Shown here: in pieces, positions 22,600 through 37,437 of the stretch | Layout: the number at the start of each line of letters is the position of its first letter | Numbering within the stretch: the stretch's first letter is position 1 | Assembly: GCF_048593235.1 (NCBI RefSeq) | Contig: NC_133622.1 | Location: 252,282,055 to 252,346,054, forward strand | From: Sminthopsis crassicaudata | Lineage: Eukaryota | Direction of reading: 5' to 3' | DNA: 64,000 nt | Notes under the pieces: generated by a model | What the model was told of the DNA's origin: nothing | Database searches by the model: none | The model's input: the letters and a program-made list of their open reading frames with translations, nothing else | Translations under genes and position numbers: made by a program

Positions 22600-22926
22600 C
22601 CTTCTAGGGGCGGGGTTTCCCGAAGAACACCTCTAAGCTAGAGGAGCGTCAGTAAAATGAGATCACGTGATGACGGCGCGCAATGGAGGCCCGACTGTTT
22701 TCTCACGTGATACACAGAATGGGGGGGGGACTACTGTCACGTGGTGCTGAGCACAGCGAAGATAGGTCGGCTTCTGGTCCACGTGACGGAGGAGCCCGCT
22801 TCGGCGGCGCACGGTCCAATGAGAGGGCGAGGCGGGTCGGGGCCGGCAAAAAGGCCCAGCGCGCGGGAAAGGAGCCGGCTCTCGGTGCTGAGGCCGGGCC
22901 GACCCAGGGCAGGGGAGGCGGGTGAC
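22600..22926 (+). promoter_or_regulatory. RAD9A promoter: GC box, 4 CACGTG E-boxes, CCAAT (22816-22820), E2F site GCGGGAAA (22863-22870)
   Basis: Motifs read directly, immediately upstream of the RAD9A ATG. Confidence 0.7.
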
Positions 22927-25191
22927 ATGAAGTGCCTCGTGACTGGGGGAAATGTGCGGGGTGAGTGCTGGGAGAGGGCCGGGGGCGGGATCGGAGGGCA
23001 CGGCCTCTGCCCTCTGACCCCGCGCCTCCCCCGCAGTGCTGGGCAAGGCCGCTCATTCGCTGTCGCGCATCGGAGACGAGCTCTACCTGGAACCGCTGGA
23101 GGACGGGGTGAGGGGGTGCGCCGGCGGGCGCGGAGGGAGGGGCCGGGGCCGGGAAGCTCCGATCGCTGACCCCTGACTCCCGCCCGCAGCTCTCCCTGCG
23201 CACGGTGAACGCGTCGCGCTCGGCCTTCGCGTGCTTCCTCTTCGCGCCGCTCTTCTTCCAGCACTACCAGGCGGCCCGGCCCCCGCAGGTGCAGCCTCCG
23301 CGCTGCAAGGTGCTCATGAAGGTGAGGGCGCGGGCGGGCGGGGGACGCGGGGCGGGGCGGGGCCCCCGCCGACGCGCTGACGGCCGCGCCGTGTCCCCTG
23401 TCAGTCCTTCCTGGCCGTGTTCCGCTCGCTGGCGGCGCTGGAGAAGACGGTGGAGCGCTGCTGCATCTCCCTGAGCCCCGAGACCAACCGCCTGGTGGTC
23501 CAGCTGCACTGCAAACACGGTGCGGGGGCGGGGCCAGGGCGTGGGAGGGGCCAGCTTGCCTGGGCAGGTGAGGGGCGGGGCCTAAACTTCTTCCCCCTGC
23601 ACCCCCAGGTGTGACCAAGACCTACAACCTGTCCTTCCAGGAGTGCGAGTCCCTGCAGGCCATCTTTGACCCCGCGCAGTGCCCCCACCTGCTACGCGCC
23701 CAGGCCCGGTGAGCGCGCGCGTGCACACACACACAAACCCCCCCTCCCTTTCTCCCCTGCCAGGTGAGGGGTGCTGGGGGCTTGGGCTGCTCGGAAGGAC
23801 CAGTCAGCGACTCCCCTCTTTTGGAACCGGCCGGGGCCAGGGCTGGGGGAGGGGGTCCTGATTGAGCGCCCCGGCCCTGTGCTCTGGACAGTGTGCTGGT
23901 GGAGGCCGTGTCGCCCTTCTCCCCCGCGCTGTCGGAGGTGACGCTGGGCGTGATCCGGGGGCGCCGAGTGGTCTTCAGGAGCTACCTGGAGGAGGACACA
24001 GGTGAGCTCGGGGGGCCCAGGGCCGGGGGAGGCGGCCCTGCCCTTGGGGGAGGGCTGGGGTGTGGGGGGGACAAGGACAGAGGCCGGGCTTCTTCCTCCG
24101 AGATGCTGCCAGGGCGATGATGACCGAGATGAGTCTCAGTGAGGACGAGTTCCAGCAGCTGCAGGCCCGGGAGGGCGCCTCCATCACCTTCTGCCTCAAG
24201 GAGTTCCGGGTGAGGCTCCGCCCCCCACCCCCCTCTGAGCACCCCCTCACTGAGCCAGACCTCTGCTGACGTCTGCGTCTGGTCTTCCAGGGTCTCCTGA
24301 GTTTCGCAGAATCTGCCAACCTTGCCCTCAACATCCACTTTGATGTTCCCGGCAGGTAGGGTGGCCTCCCAGCAGGGGGAGGGGAAGTGGGGGACCCTCA
24401 GAGGTTGGCGTGAGGGGGAGTTGCTGGCCGCGTTGCCACCCTTCTCCTGTTTCTGGTCCCCTCCCCCCAGGCCGGCCATCTTCACCATTGAGGACTCGCT
24501 AATGGACGGCCATTTTGTCCTGGCCACCCTGGCAGAGCCACAGGCCGTGCAGGAGCCTCGGCAGCCGGAGCAGGGGCCCCCCAGGTGAGGCCGCTGTCTT
24601 GGACACCCCCCCTCTGGCTCCTGAGCACGCCTTCTCCTCTGGGTGGCCTTGTGGTCCAGCTCTTCTCCCCTCCCCCCACTGACCTCAGCTTCAGTCCAAA
24701 CTGCCTTGTTCTACCCCCCCCTTTCCCACCCCTTCCTCCTGACCTCAGTCCCAGCCTAGTGACCCCCTGGTGGGAGGGGCACCCTGTCTGGCCAGACACC
24801 CCCAGCTCTGGGCCTTCCTCCCCCAGCTCTACACATCAGGATGACTTTGCCAATGACGACATTGACTCATATATGATTGCCATGGAAACAACTGTGTGTG
24901 AAGGAGTAGCTGCGGCCCCCCGAACTCCTTCACCTGTGTCAGAGGAAGAGGAGGCGGAGCCCAATGTGGTACCTGGGACCCCTCCTCTAAAAAAGGTGAA
25001 CCAGTGATTCCCTGCTCTGCTCCCCAGGGGGTGGGGGCTTCCCTGGGCTCCGGTGCAGAGCCCGGATTCATTGCGGCTTGTCTCTCTGGTTCTAGTTCCG
25101 CTCCCTCTTCTTTGGCTCAGTATTGGCCCCGATGGAGCCCCCCTCCGAACCCAACCCGGTGCTAGCCGAGGACAGCGAAGGGGAGGGCTGA
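22927..25191 (+). CDS. RAD9A: RAD9 checkpoint clamp component A (9-1-1 complex), 370 aa
   Basis: Exons 22927-22960, 23037-23107, 23190-23321, 23405-23519, 23609-23708, 23892-24001, 24103-24209, 24291-24355, 24471-24584, 24827-24995, 25096-25191 (1113 nt, phases consistent). Protein runs [31 protein letters not shown]...[17 protein letters not shown]...FRSLFFGSV...LAEDSEGEG*. Confidence 0.96.
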
Positions 25192-25373
25192 GCTTGGTTT
25201 TTGGGGTCCCTACAGCTGCGCCACCTCAGGAGGAAGCTTCGATGCCTGCCCGGCTTGTGCCGGGAAAGGCCCGGCCGCTGTTTGGAAGGAGCGGCGCTCT
25301 CGGCGGAGATGCCCCCTTGGCAGGCAGGGGGTGGGCGGCCGCCGCTGCCATCCCAAGCAGCACCTGGTCCCTC

Positions 25374-25379
25374 AATAAA
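25374..25379 (+). terminator. RAD9A poly(A) signal AATAAA
   Basis: First AATAAA after the stop codon, 183 nt downstream. Confidence 0.75.
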
Positions 25380-25455
25380 GCCTCCCTAACCCAAAGCACG
25401 CGTGGTTCCTGTACAAAAGGCAGGCCGGGAAGCCAGAGAGAATCCAGCTTTGACG

Positions 25456-25461
25456 TTTATT
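25456..25461 (-). terminator. PPP1CA poly(A) signal AATAAA
   Basis: tttatt on the + strand, about 285 nt after the PPP1CA stop. Confidence 0.75.
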
Positions 25462-25745
25462 CCAAAAAGACCAGAGGAGGGCACAGAGCCTGGCGGCCCC
25501 CGACAGGGCAGCTGAGCCCGGCAGGACTCAAGCCGGCCTTCCCGCCCCCTCCCCACTGCCCCTCCCAGGACCCAGCTCAGAGGGTGGGGCCAGAGGGGGT
25601 CAGACTCTATTTGACTTTGTTTTTTATAAAAGAAAATGACCCCGAGGGTTGGTGCTCCCTGCCACTAACGGCCCCCCGGGCCTTGGAGACCCTGAGAGGA
25701 GCCAGGATTCTGGACAGTCAGTCTTCCCTGGGGGGCCTGGGGCAG

Positions 25746-29600
<3,855 letters not shown>

Positions 29601-32600
29601 CTCCAGGGCTGCATGTAATGCAATAAATGATCCTCCTGAGCCGGGGTTTGCGGAGCTTGGTGGGGATTAGGGCCAGGGGAGAAAGTTTGGGGAGCTGGGA
29701 AGGGAGGGGGCTAGAGACTGGAAGTCAGGACTGGGGAGCACTTGGAAGGAACGTTCAGAGGCCATCCGGCTAAGGAGGTTACCAAGGGGGGCTTGGAATA
29801 CGCCGCAGCCTCCTCAGCTCTAAAAGGGGGCGCAAGCTCCGGCCCCTCCCTTTGTTCCTCTCGGGCAGGGGCACTGAGGCAGTATCAGCCTCCGGGCAGA
29901 GGCACAGGGGTCGGAGCTGTGAGGGAGAGGGCCGCGAGGTGGGCTGTGGGCCGGCTCCTGCTTGGGGAGACAAGCGAAGGCCGAGGCACGGCACCCAGGA
30001 GCAGGGAACACGGCCCCCTCTCTGGGTCTGGCAAGTCCTAGAACCCGACAAGGCTGCCGCCCGGGAGACTCCGCTGTGGGGTGGGCGGCCCAGCAGGGAG
30101 GGGAACCTGGGCCGGATCCCCTCCCCCCGCCAACCGCACTCTAAGCCACATCCTTCCCATCACGGGCCATAACAAGACAGACTCAGGTTACTGCCCCCTC
30201 CCCCAATCGCGGGGCAGTGGCCTGCCCGCAGGCAGTGACCACTGGGGGACCTGTCCTGTCTGACCCCCTCAGCCCAGGGCAGCCCCCACTGGAGCTGATC
30301 CGGCAACGAGAAATGAAGTGGGTGGAGATGACCTCTCACTGGGAGAAGACCATGTCCAGGCGGCCCAAGAAGGTGAGGCCCCGCTGGGGAGCGAGAGGGA
30401 AAAGGCTTTCCAGCACTGTGCGGGCCCTGGCCCAGCCTGTGCCCACGTGGAGCCGCTGTTGCAATGTAAGGGACTTGGGGAGTCCGCGGGAGTCAAGGCC
30501 GGGGCACCGCAGTGGGACTCGGGCCCAGACCTCGTCCAGAGGCTGAGACAGGCAGGCCCGGGGATGAGAAAGGTGAAAACGGGAGCTCCCGACCTCGGGG
30601 AGACGCCAAGCAGACGGTCCGGACGAGCTCTAGACAGAGAAATGGGCAGAGGGATGGGCAGAGGGAAGGCCCTGCCATGGGGGGTGAGCAAGCCTTCCTG
30701 GAGCTTGATTGGGACTGAAGAAGCTGGGGGGCTCAGGAGGTGGAAATGCAGAGAGGCTGAAACCCAGAGATGGGGGGCTCATTAGAACAGTGGGGAGGCA
30801 ACAAGGGGCGGTGGCCTGGCGCCAACTTGGGCCAAGAGTCCGTGAGTGGCAAGAAGGGGAGGGATGCACGAGAAAAGTCACAGAAAGGCTTGAAAAGTCT
30901 CAGCAACTCACTGGGGAAGGGAGGGGAGAGAAGGCTAGGAGAGGAGCCCGGTGCCCAGGACAGAAGGGGGGGCAGGAGGAATCCAGCTGCAGATCCAGCG
31001 GGAGCTGGTCATGGGGCTCTGGGGGCATCCAGACCGATGCATCCCCTGAGAAGAGACCGAACCCCTGGGGCCAGGTGAGCTCCCTTAGAAAGAGAGGGGA
31101 GGTAAGGTCCAGGCATGGGGACACAGCCAAAATAAGCGACACCCAGAAATAAGTGCAGAGAGAGAGGCTGACAGAGAACGGTGGCGTGGAGGCCAAGGGA
31201 CCGGAGGAGCGAGGGGTGGGGAGGCCTGAGTCGTTCTGGAGGACAGAAAAGGCCATGGCTTCAGGATGGACTTGGAAGTGTGGTCACACTGGGTTAAAAA
31301 ACAAGGGAGTGGAGCAATAAAAGGGAGGAAGGAGAGGAGAGAGACAGAGGAGAAGGTTGGGGTTTTTAAGGAGACAAAATGAGAGGGACAGGAAGGAGAG
31401 AGAGAAAAGGGGAAGAGGGCGAGAGAGACAGAGAAGAGAGAATGGGGGGGGAGAGGAAGGGGGCGCTCTGGGAAGGGATGGGACCTCGGACACCAGCAGA
31501 GGGATGGACCTCAGAGGGACTGCAGGGCGATGTAGAAAGGTATGAGGAGGAGGAGGGAGAGCTCGGGAGGACAGCTGAGGTGCTCCCTTCTGGTGCTCCC
31601 CTAGAAGGATCGGGAGGAAAGAGGAGGGCCCTTCCCCAGACTGGAGATCCTTGTCCAGCCTCTGTTTCTAGAGCTTTGTTAAGGCCTTTCCTTACTTTAA
31701 AAGCACCGAGTCTGCCTGTGGTGGGTTAGACGGTTCCTGAGCCAGGAGAAACCCCGTCAAAAATGGGGTGGAGACTTGTGGCCCAGAGAATGTTGAGGGA
31801 CAGCTGCAGAATTGGGCTGTGGGCACAGGCTGGGGGGAGGGGTGTTCATTTTCCCCCGGGCCTTCTGGGGACCGGGATGTAACCCAAAGGAAGCCAGATG
31901 TAAACTCCAGAATAGCTCATTTTGAGGGGAGGGGGGAATCTGACCCTGTTCTCTACTGGACGAGCTCAGCTTGTGTCCAGTGCCCAGCTCCCCCCACCCC
32001 CACCAGGCTTTGGGCCTGAAGCTACAGCAGGGGGAGGGGATGGAGAGGCTGAAACAGGCCTCCTGGGGAGGGGTGGAGGACGTCTGGCTGAGGATGGCAC
32101 CCTTGCCTGCAGGTGAAGATCCAGTGCCGAAAAGGGATCCCATCCGCCCTTCGTGCCCGCTGCTGGCCCCTGCTTTGTGGGGCTCGATGCCGACAGGCCC
32201 AAAACCCCAACACCTACCAGGTGAGGGTCCAGGGGCCCTGCTCCCCTTGCTCTCCCCCTTCTTGTGGTTCCCACTCAGCACCCCCCAACTCAGTTAACAA
32301 GGCCATGGGGGAAGGAGGGAAGCTAGGATATGGGGGGGGGCGACCTGCTTTTCCTGAAAGTAACCCTTCCCTAAGCCCACCCACCCTCCTCCTCCAACCT
32401 CCCAGGAGAAGTCGAGCCCCAAATGGGAGGCAGGAACCTCTTCGAGGATTCCTAAGGGGCAGGAGAGGGCAGCTCCAGACTGTCCGTGACCAGCCTTCTG
32501 CCCTAGCCCTGGCTCAGCTCTTCCTTCCATGTGCTGTCTCTCCTTAACCCCAGGAACTGGTCTCAGCCCCGGGAGACCCTCAGTGGCTGGAGACCATTGG

Positions 32601-33894
32601 GAGAGACCTGCATCGCCAGTTCCCCCTCCATGAAATGTTCCTGTCTCCCCAAGGTCATGGGTAAGAGGAAGGATCCTCTGCTCTTTCAGGGCTGTGCAGG
32701 GGAGGGAGGGTGGCACGGGGCTGTCTCCCTAGGGATGAGGCCTGGGACTAGGAGGTGCCAGTCCAGCTGGGAGGGCTCCCGGGGCCAGTCATTCTACTCT
32801 CATTTAATGGATGGAGAAAACAGGACCTTGAGTAGGGCAGGGCTGCCCATGCTCACAGAGCAAGACTATACCTTGTTTAAGGCTTGCCCGGGCCTGCCAG
32901 CTGCCTCCCTTTTGGCCACAGAGTCAGGGCGGGTGGTCCTTTTAGGCTGCCCTTGGAATCTGAGAGAAAGGGCGGTGGCTGTGGGGGTCACTGGGTCCCT
33001 AATAGAGTTTCCTGACACAGGCAGCAAGGACTCCTGAACGTGCTTAAGGCCTACACTCTCTATCGGCCTGAACAGGGCTATTGCCAGGCCCAGGGGCCAG
33101 TGGCTGCTGTGTTACTCATGCAGATGCCCCCTGAGGTGAGCCTCCGACCCAGGGAGCCTCCCTCCTCCTCGTCCCTAATGAGTCCCCCAGGGTCAGGTCA
33201 TCATTTACTTTCCCTACTAAATGAACCCTTCCCCCTCAAGTCTAATCAGCCCCATCCACAGTGAGTCTTTCAGTTCTGATGAGCCACCCCCCCAAGCTAA
33301 TCATCCACCCCCCCCCACCCCGGGCCCAGGGAGTTCACTTCTGCCCACACACCAGTAAAGGAAGCCCTCCTCCAGAAATGCAAGATCCAGTTTCCCCTGT
33401 TCCTCCTTTTCCTCCCTAACCTCCCGCCCCACAGGAGGCTTTCTGGTGTCTGGTGCAGATCTGTGAGTTCTACCTGCCAGGCTACTACGGACCCCACATG
33501 GTGAGTGACCCCATCCCCAGGGGGCCCTCTGGGTACCTTGGGGGGGTTAGTGATCCTGCACGAAAACAGGCCTGAGGACAAGCCTCTGAGGAAGGCCGAG
33601 GGGCCGGCCTGGGGGGAGGGGAGGATGTGGGTATTGGGGGGTGACGGCTCTGGACTGGGCTCATCGGCCCTGGCCGGGCTGTCCCAAGGAGGCCATACGG
33701 CTGGACGCCGAGGTGTTCTCAGCCCTGCTGAGCAAGCTGTGTCCCCGGATCCACAAGCACCTCCAGCAGCAGGGCGTGGGGCCCCTCCTCTACCTGCCAG
33801 AGTGGTTCCTCTGCCTCTTTGCCCGCTCCCTGCCCTTTGCCACTGTTCTGCGCATCTGGGACGCCTTCTTCAGCGAAGGTGAGTGGACCTGAAG

Positions 33895-34530
33895 GGGCAC
33901 CTTTCTCAGGGGCTCTCCCAGTAACGTGGCGCCTTTCTCAGGGGCTCTCCCAATAATGTGGCACCTCTCTCGGGGACTCTCCCAGTAACGTGGCGCCTCT
34001 CTCGGGGACTCTCCCAGTAACGTGGCACCTTTCTCGGGGGCTCTCCCAGTAACGTGGCGCCTTTCTCGGGGGCTCTCTCAGTAATGTGGCGCCTCTCTCG
34101 GGGACTCTCCCAGTAACGTGGCGCCTCTCTCGGGGGCTTTCCCAGTAACGTGGCGCCTCTCTCAGGGGCTCTCCCAGTAACGTGGCGCCTCTCTCGGGGA
34201 CTCTCCCAGTAACGTGGCGCCTTTCAGGGGCTCTCCCAATAATGTGGCACCTCTCTCAGGGGTTCTCCCAGTAACGTGGCGCCTCTCTCGGGGGCTCTCC
34301 CAGTAACGTGGCGCCTCTCTCGGGGGCTCTCCCAGTAACGTGGCGCCTCTCTCGGGGGCTCTCCCAGTAACGTGGCGCCTTTCTCAGGGGCTCTCCCAAT
34401 AATGTGGCACCTCTCTCGGGGACTCTCCCAGTAACGTGGCGCCTCTCTTGGGGGCTCTCCCAGTAACGTGGCGCCTTTCTCAGGGGCTCTCTCAGTCATG
34501 TGGCGCCTCTCTCTGGGGCTCTCCCAGTAA
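33895..34530 (+). repeat. 32-bp minisatellite, about 20 copies (consensus CTCTCCCAGTAACGTGGCGCCTCTCTCGGGGG) in TBC1D10C intron 7
   Basis: Units at 33913, 33945, 33977 ... 34519, all 32 bp apart except one 30-bp unit (34201). Confidence 0.97.
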
Positions 34531-37431
34531 GGGGCTCCAGGGCTGGAGAGCTCACTCCTCCAGGGGGGCGGTCCGTTCCACCTGAGCTCGGGAACAGCCA
34601 AGGATCCTGATGGACCTCAGTCTGTCCCCCCACCCTCCACCCTGGGGTCCCATTTCTGCCTCGGGCACTGAGCAGAACAAGGCTGATCCCTCTTCCAGAT
34701 GGGGACAGCCAGCTCCAGGCCCCCAGCCCTGGTGCCCAGGGTCTTCCAGCATGGACATTGCCTCTTAACGTGTGGCTGGGCTCGGTTCTGGGATGGTCTG
34801 ATTTGGCAGGTACAGGGGGGCCAGCAGCTCTGCCCCCTGCCCTGTTCTAGCCTTCCCACGTGCCGGCCCAGTGGCTGAGACTTGCACGAGACCCAGGGAA
34901 GGCAGGGGCTTGCAAGGGCCTTCCCAGCTCTAGAGTTCAGGACCCAAGGCCTGCACCGGGCAGGCAGTGTTCTGGGCAGTTATCGAACAAGAAAACTTGA
35001 TTAAGGTCCTGACTGACAAGTTAAAATACAAAGCAATGACTGGAACAGCATCTCTTCAGCGCTCCCCATGTGCAAGCGCTGTGCTGGGCCCTGAGGTGGG
35101 AAGGAACAGCCTTGAGGAGCTGGGGGGAAGCACGTAAAATATTGATGCATAAAATGACCATATTATTGCTGGCCCATGAGCTCCCAGCACGAGGCTCGGT
35201 ACACAGTAGGTACTTAATATTTATTGACTAACTGATGAAAAGGAGCTGCAATGGGGAGTGAGTGGGGGAGGCTGCTTGGAGGCCCAAAGTGGGGAAAGGA
35301 GCCTTGGTCGGGTTTGAGTCTGAAGGACTCGGCGTCCTGGCTCCCGGGCACTTCCATCAGCCCCACGTGTCATGGAGCCCAGACTTCCTGAAGGAAGGGG
35401 CTCTCAAGTGAAGGCTGTGGGGTTTGAAGTAGCAGGGGCAGGAGGCCGCAGTGAGCCTGATTTGTGCAGGCGACACAGAGGTGGGCCAGCTGTGGAGTCC
35501 CAAGGTAGGTGGGCCAGCCTCCAGGGCGGTCTGGGCCCCAAGGTCTGCCTCAGCCCTCACCGTTTGGTGCATTTATCAGTCACGGGAGAGAAGCACTGAT
35601 GGCCGGCTCCTCCCTGTGGCTGATGGCACAAAGCTGAAGGAGCTGAGGCGCTGGGGGACCTCCCTGGGCCAGAACAATGTCTGGATCCAACAAGACCAAC
35701 TTGAGTGGGAAGAAACATAAAGTCTGACATTCAGGTCCAAAGATTAACCTCCCTGCTCCAGGTAGGGGAGGCACATTGGACAGGTTTGTCTGGAAAGGGA
35801 CTGGGCGGTCTCAGTGGACCACAAGATCATCGTGAGTGTCATTGTATGGTAGCCACAGAAGTGAGAGTGACTTGGGCCGCAGTGGACGGCAGGAATGGGG
35901 CAGAGTCCCTTCCCTTGTGTTCCGCCAGGCTGCGGTCAGGACAGCATAATCAGGCTGTCGGGCATCGGAATGTCCGGGAAAGGAGAGCCGGGCGGGCCTG
36001 GGGTCCCTGACACATGAGGAAGGGACAGGAAGGAGCGGGGGAAGGGAGGACGGGAGCTGTCCGCAATGTTGGAAATGACAGGGACTTCTCCAAGGCCAGT
36101 GGGACGGACTTCTGGGAGGCCTTTGAGGCAGCGCCGGGCGGCTGGTGGTGAAGGGCTCGCTGTCCAAGGGTGGGCTGTGGGGGCTCCGCTGAGGTGCCCT
36201 CTCTCTCCAGGGGTGAAGGTCCTGTTCCGGGTGGGGCTGACCATGGTGCGCCTGGCCCTGGGTACGGCTGAGCAGCGCAGGGCCTGCCCAGGGCTGCTGG
36301 AGACGCTGGAGACGCTGCGTTCCATCCCGCCGGCCCAGCTGCAGGAGGAACCCTTCATGGCACAGGTGGGTGGTCACTGCAGCCCCCCTCCCCTGACCCG
36401 CTAGCCCCCTGGAACCCCCAGCTCACCCAGACCCCCCTGGCCCACTCAGAGCCCCCCCAACTCCTGGACCTCCCAGCCCACCCAGACCCCCCCCAGCCCT
36501 CTAGCCCACCCAGAGTCCCCTAGTCTCCTGGACCCCTCTCAGCCCACCCGGACCCCCAGCCCTCAGAGAGCTGCCCCTGCAGGTTCACACAGTGGCTGTG
36601 TCAGAGCGAGACCTGCGGCGAGAGAGCCTCCATCAGCTGACCAAGCTTCAGAGTGCCTCCCCAGAGCTGCAGCTGAGGCCCCAGGACCGCCTGCCTGGGG
36701 CTCCAGCCATCTTTGAGGCTCAGCAGCTGGCCGCCGCCAAGCCGCCAGGCCGGGAGGTCCCGCGCATCGTGGTGCACCCCCCGGAGGAGCTGCGGCCCCG
36801 GAAGAAGCCTCAGACCCGGGGCAAGACCTTTCACGGGATCCTGAGGCGACCCCGGGCTCCCCAGACGGAGGGCCCCTCCAGGAGCCACCGGGCCTCCTCC
36901 TCCTTCCTGGACACACGGTTCTGAGAGGCCTCCTGAGAGGCTGGGGTTGGGGCTGCCCCACCTGCCTCCCTTCTCCGGACTCAGTGACCCCCCCCCCCCC
37001 CCCGGCAGGAAGACCTGGTTCTTGTCTCCAGGGGCTGTGGGCCTGCACTCCTCCTGCTCTTGGGGAGGACTGCCCCTGCTCCCCTCCTCCCCCAGGCTCT
37101 GTCTGCAGCCTGGATTGGCCAGGAGACTGGGCCAGGGGGGCCCAGACCCCAGTTTCGGTCCCTCCAGGTGGGCCCAGAGATTGGTCACAGGCAGGTGGCA
37201 ATCACCGGCTCCAGCAGGAAAGGGCCTTTGAGCCCAATGAGGGTTCTGCCCCTTGGGGCTCCATTGCCAGCCCGGTCTTGTCTCCTCTGGCCCTTAATCA
37301 CCCGTGATGTCAGACCAGGCTCTCTTCACTCCAGGCCTCAGTTTCCCCTTCACTGCCAGGACAGACTTGGGCTGGATCAGGCCCATGATGGGCTTGAAGG
37401 CTTAAGGCCTCTGGGACATATGTAGGTGCTC

Positions 37432-37437
37432 AATAAA
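37432..37437 (+). terminator. Probable TBC1D10C poly(A) signal
   Basis: First AATAAA after the stop, within an L2/MIR-tail-like tgtaggtgctcaataaa. Confidence 0.6.

Noticed and set aside
30904-31074. 171-nt stop-free phase-0 segment with a CAG|GTGAGC donor in TBC1D10C intron 2 (possible cassette exon)
   Set aside because: The acceptor has no polypyrimidine tract (gaaaagtctcag), and a 57-aa insert would fall at the start of the TBC fold. It would need RNA-seq junction support.
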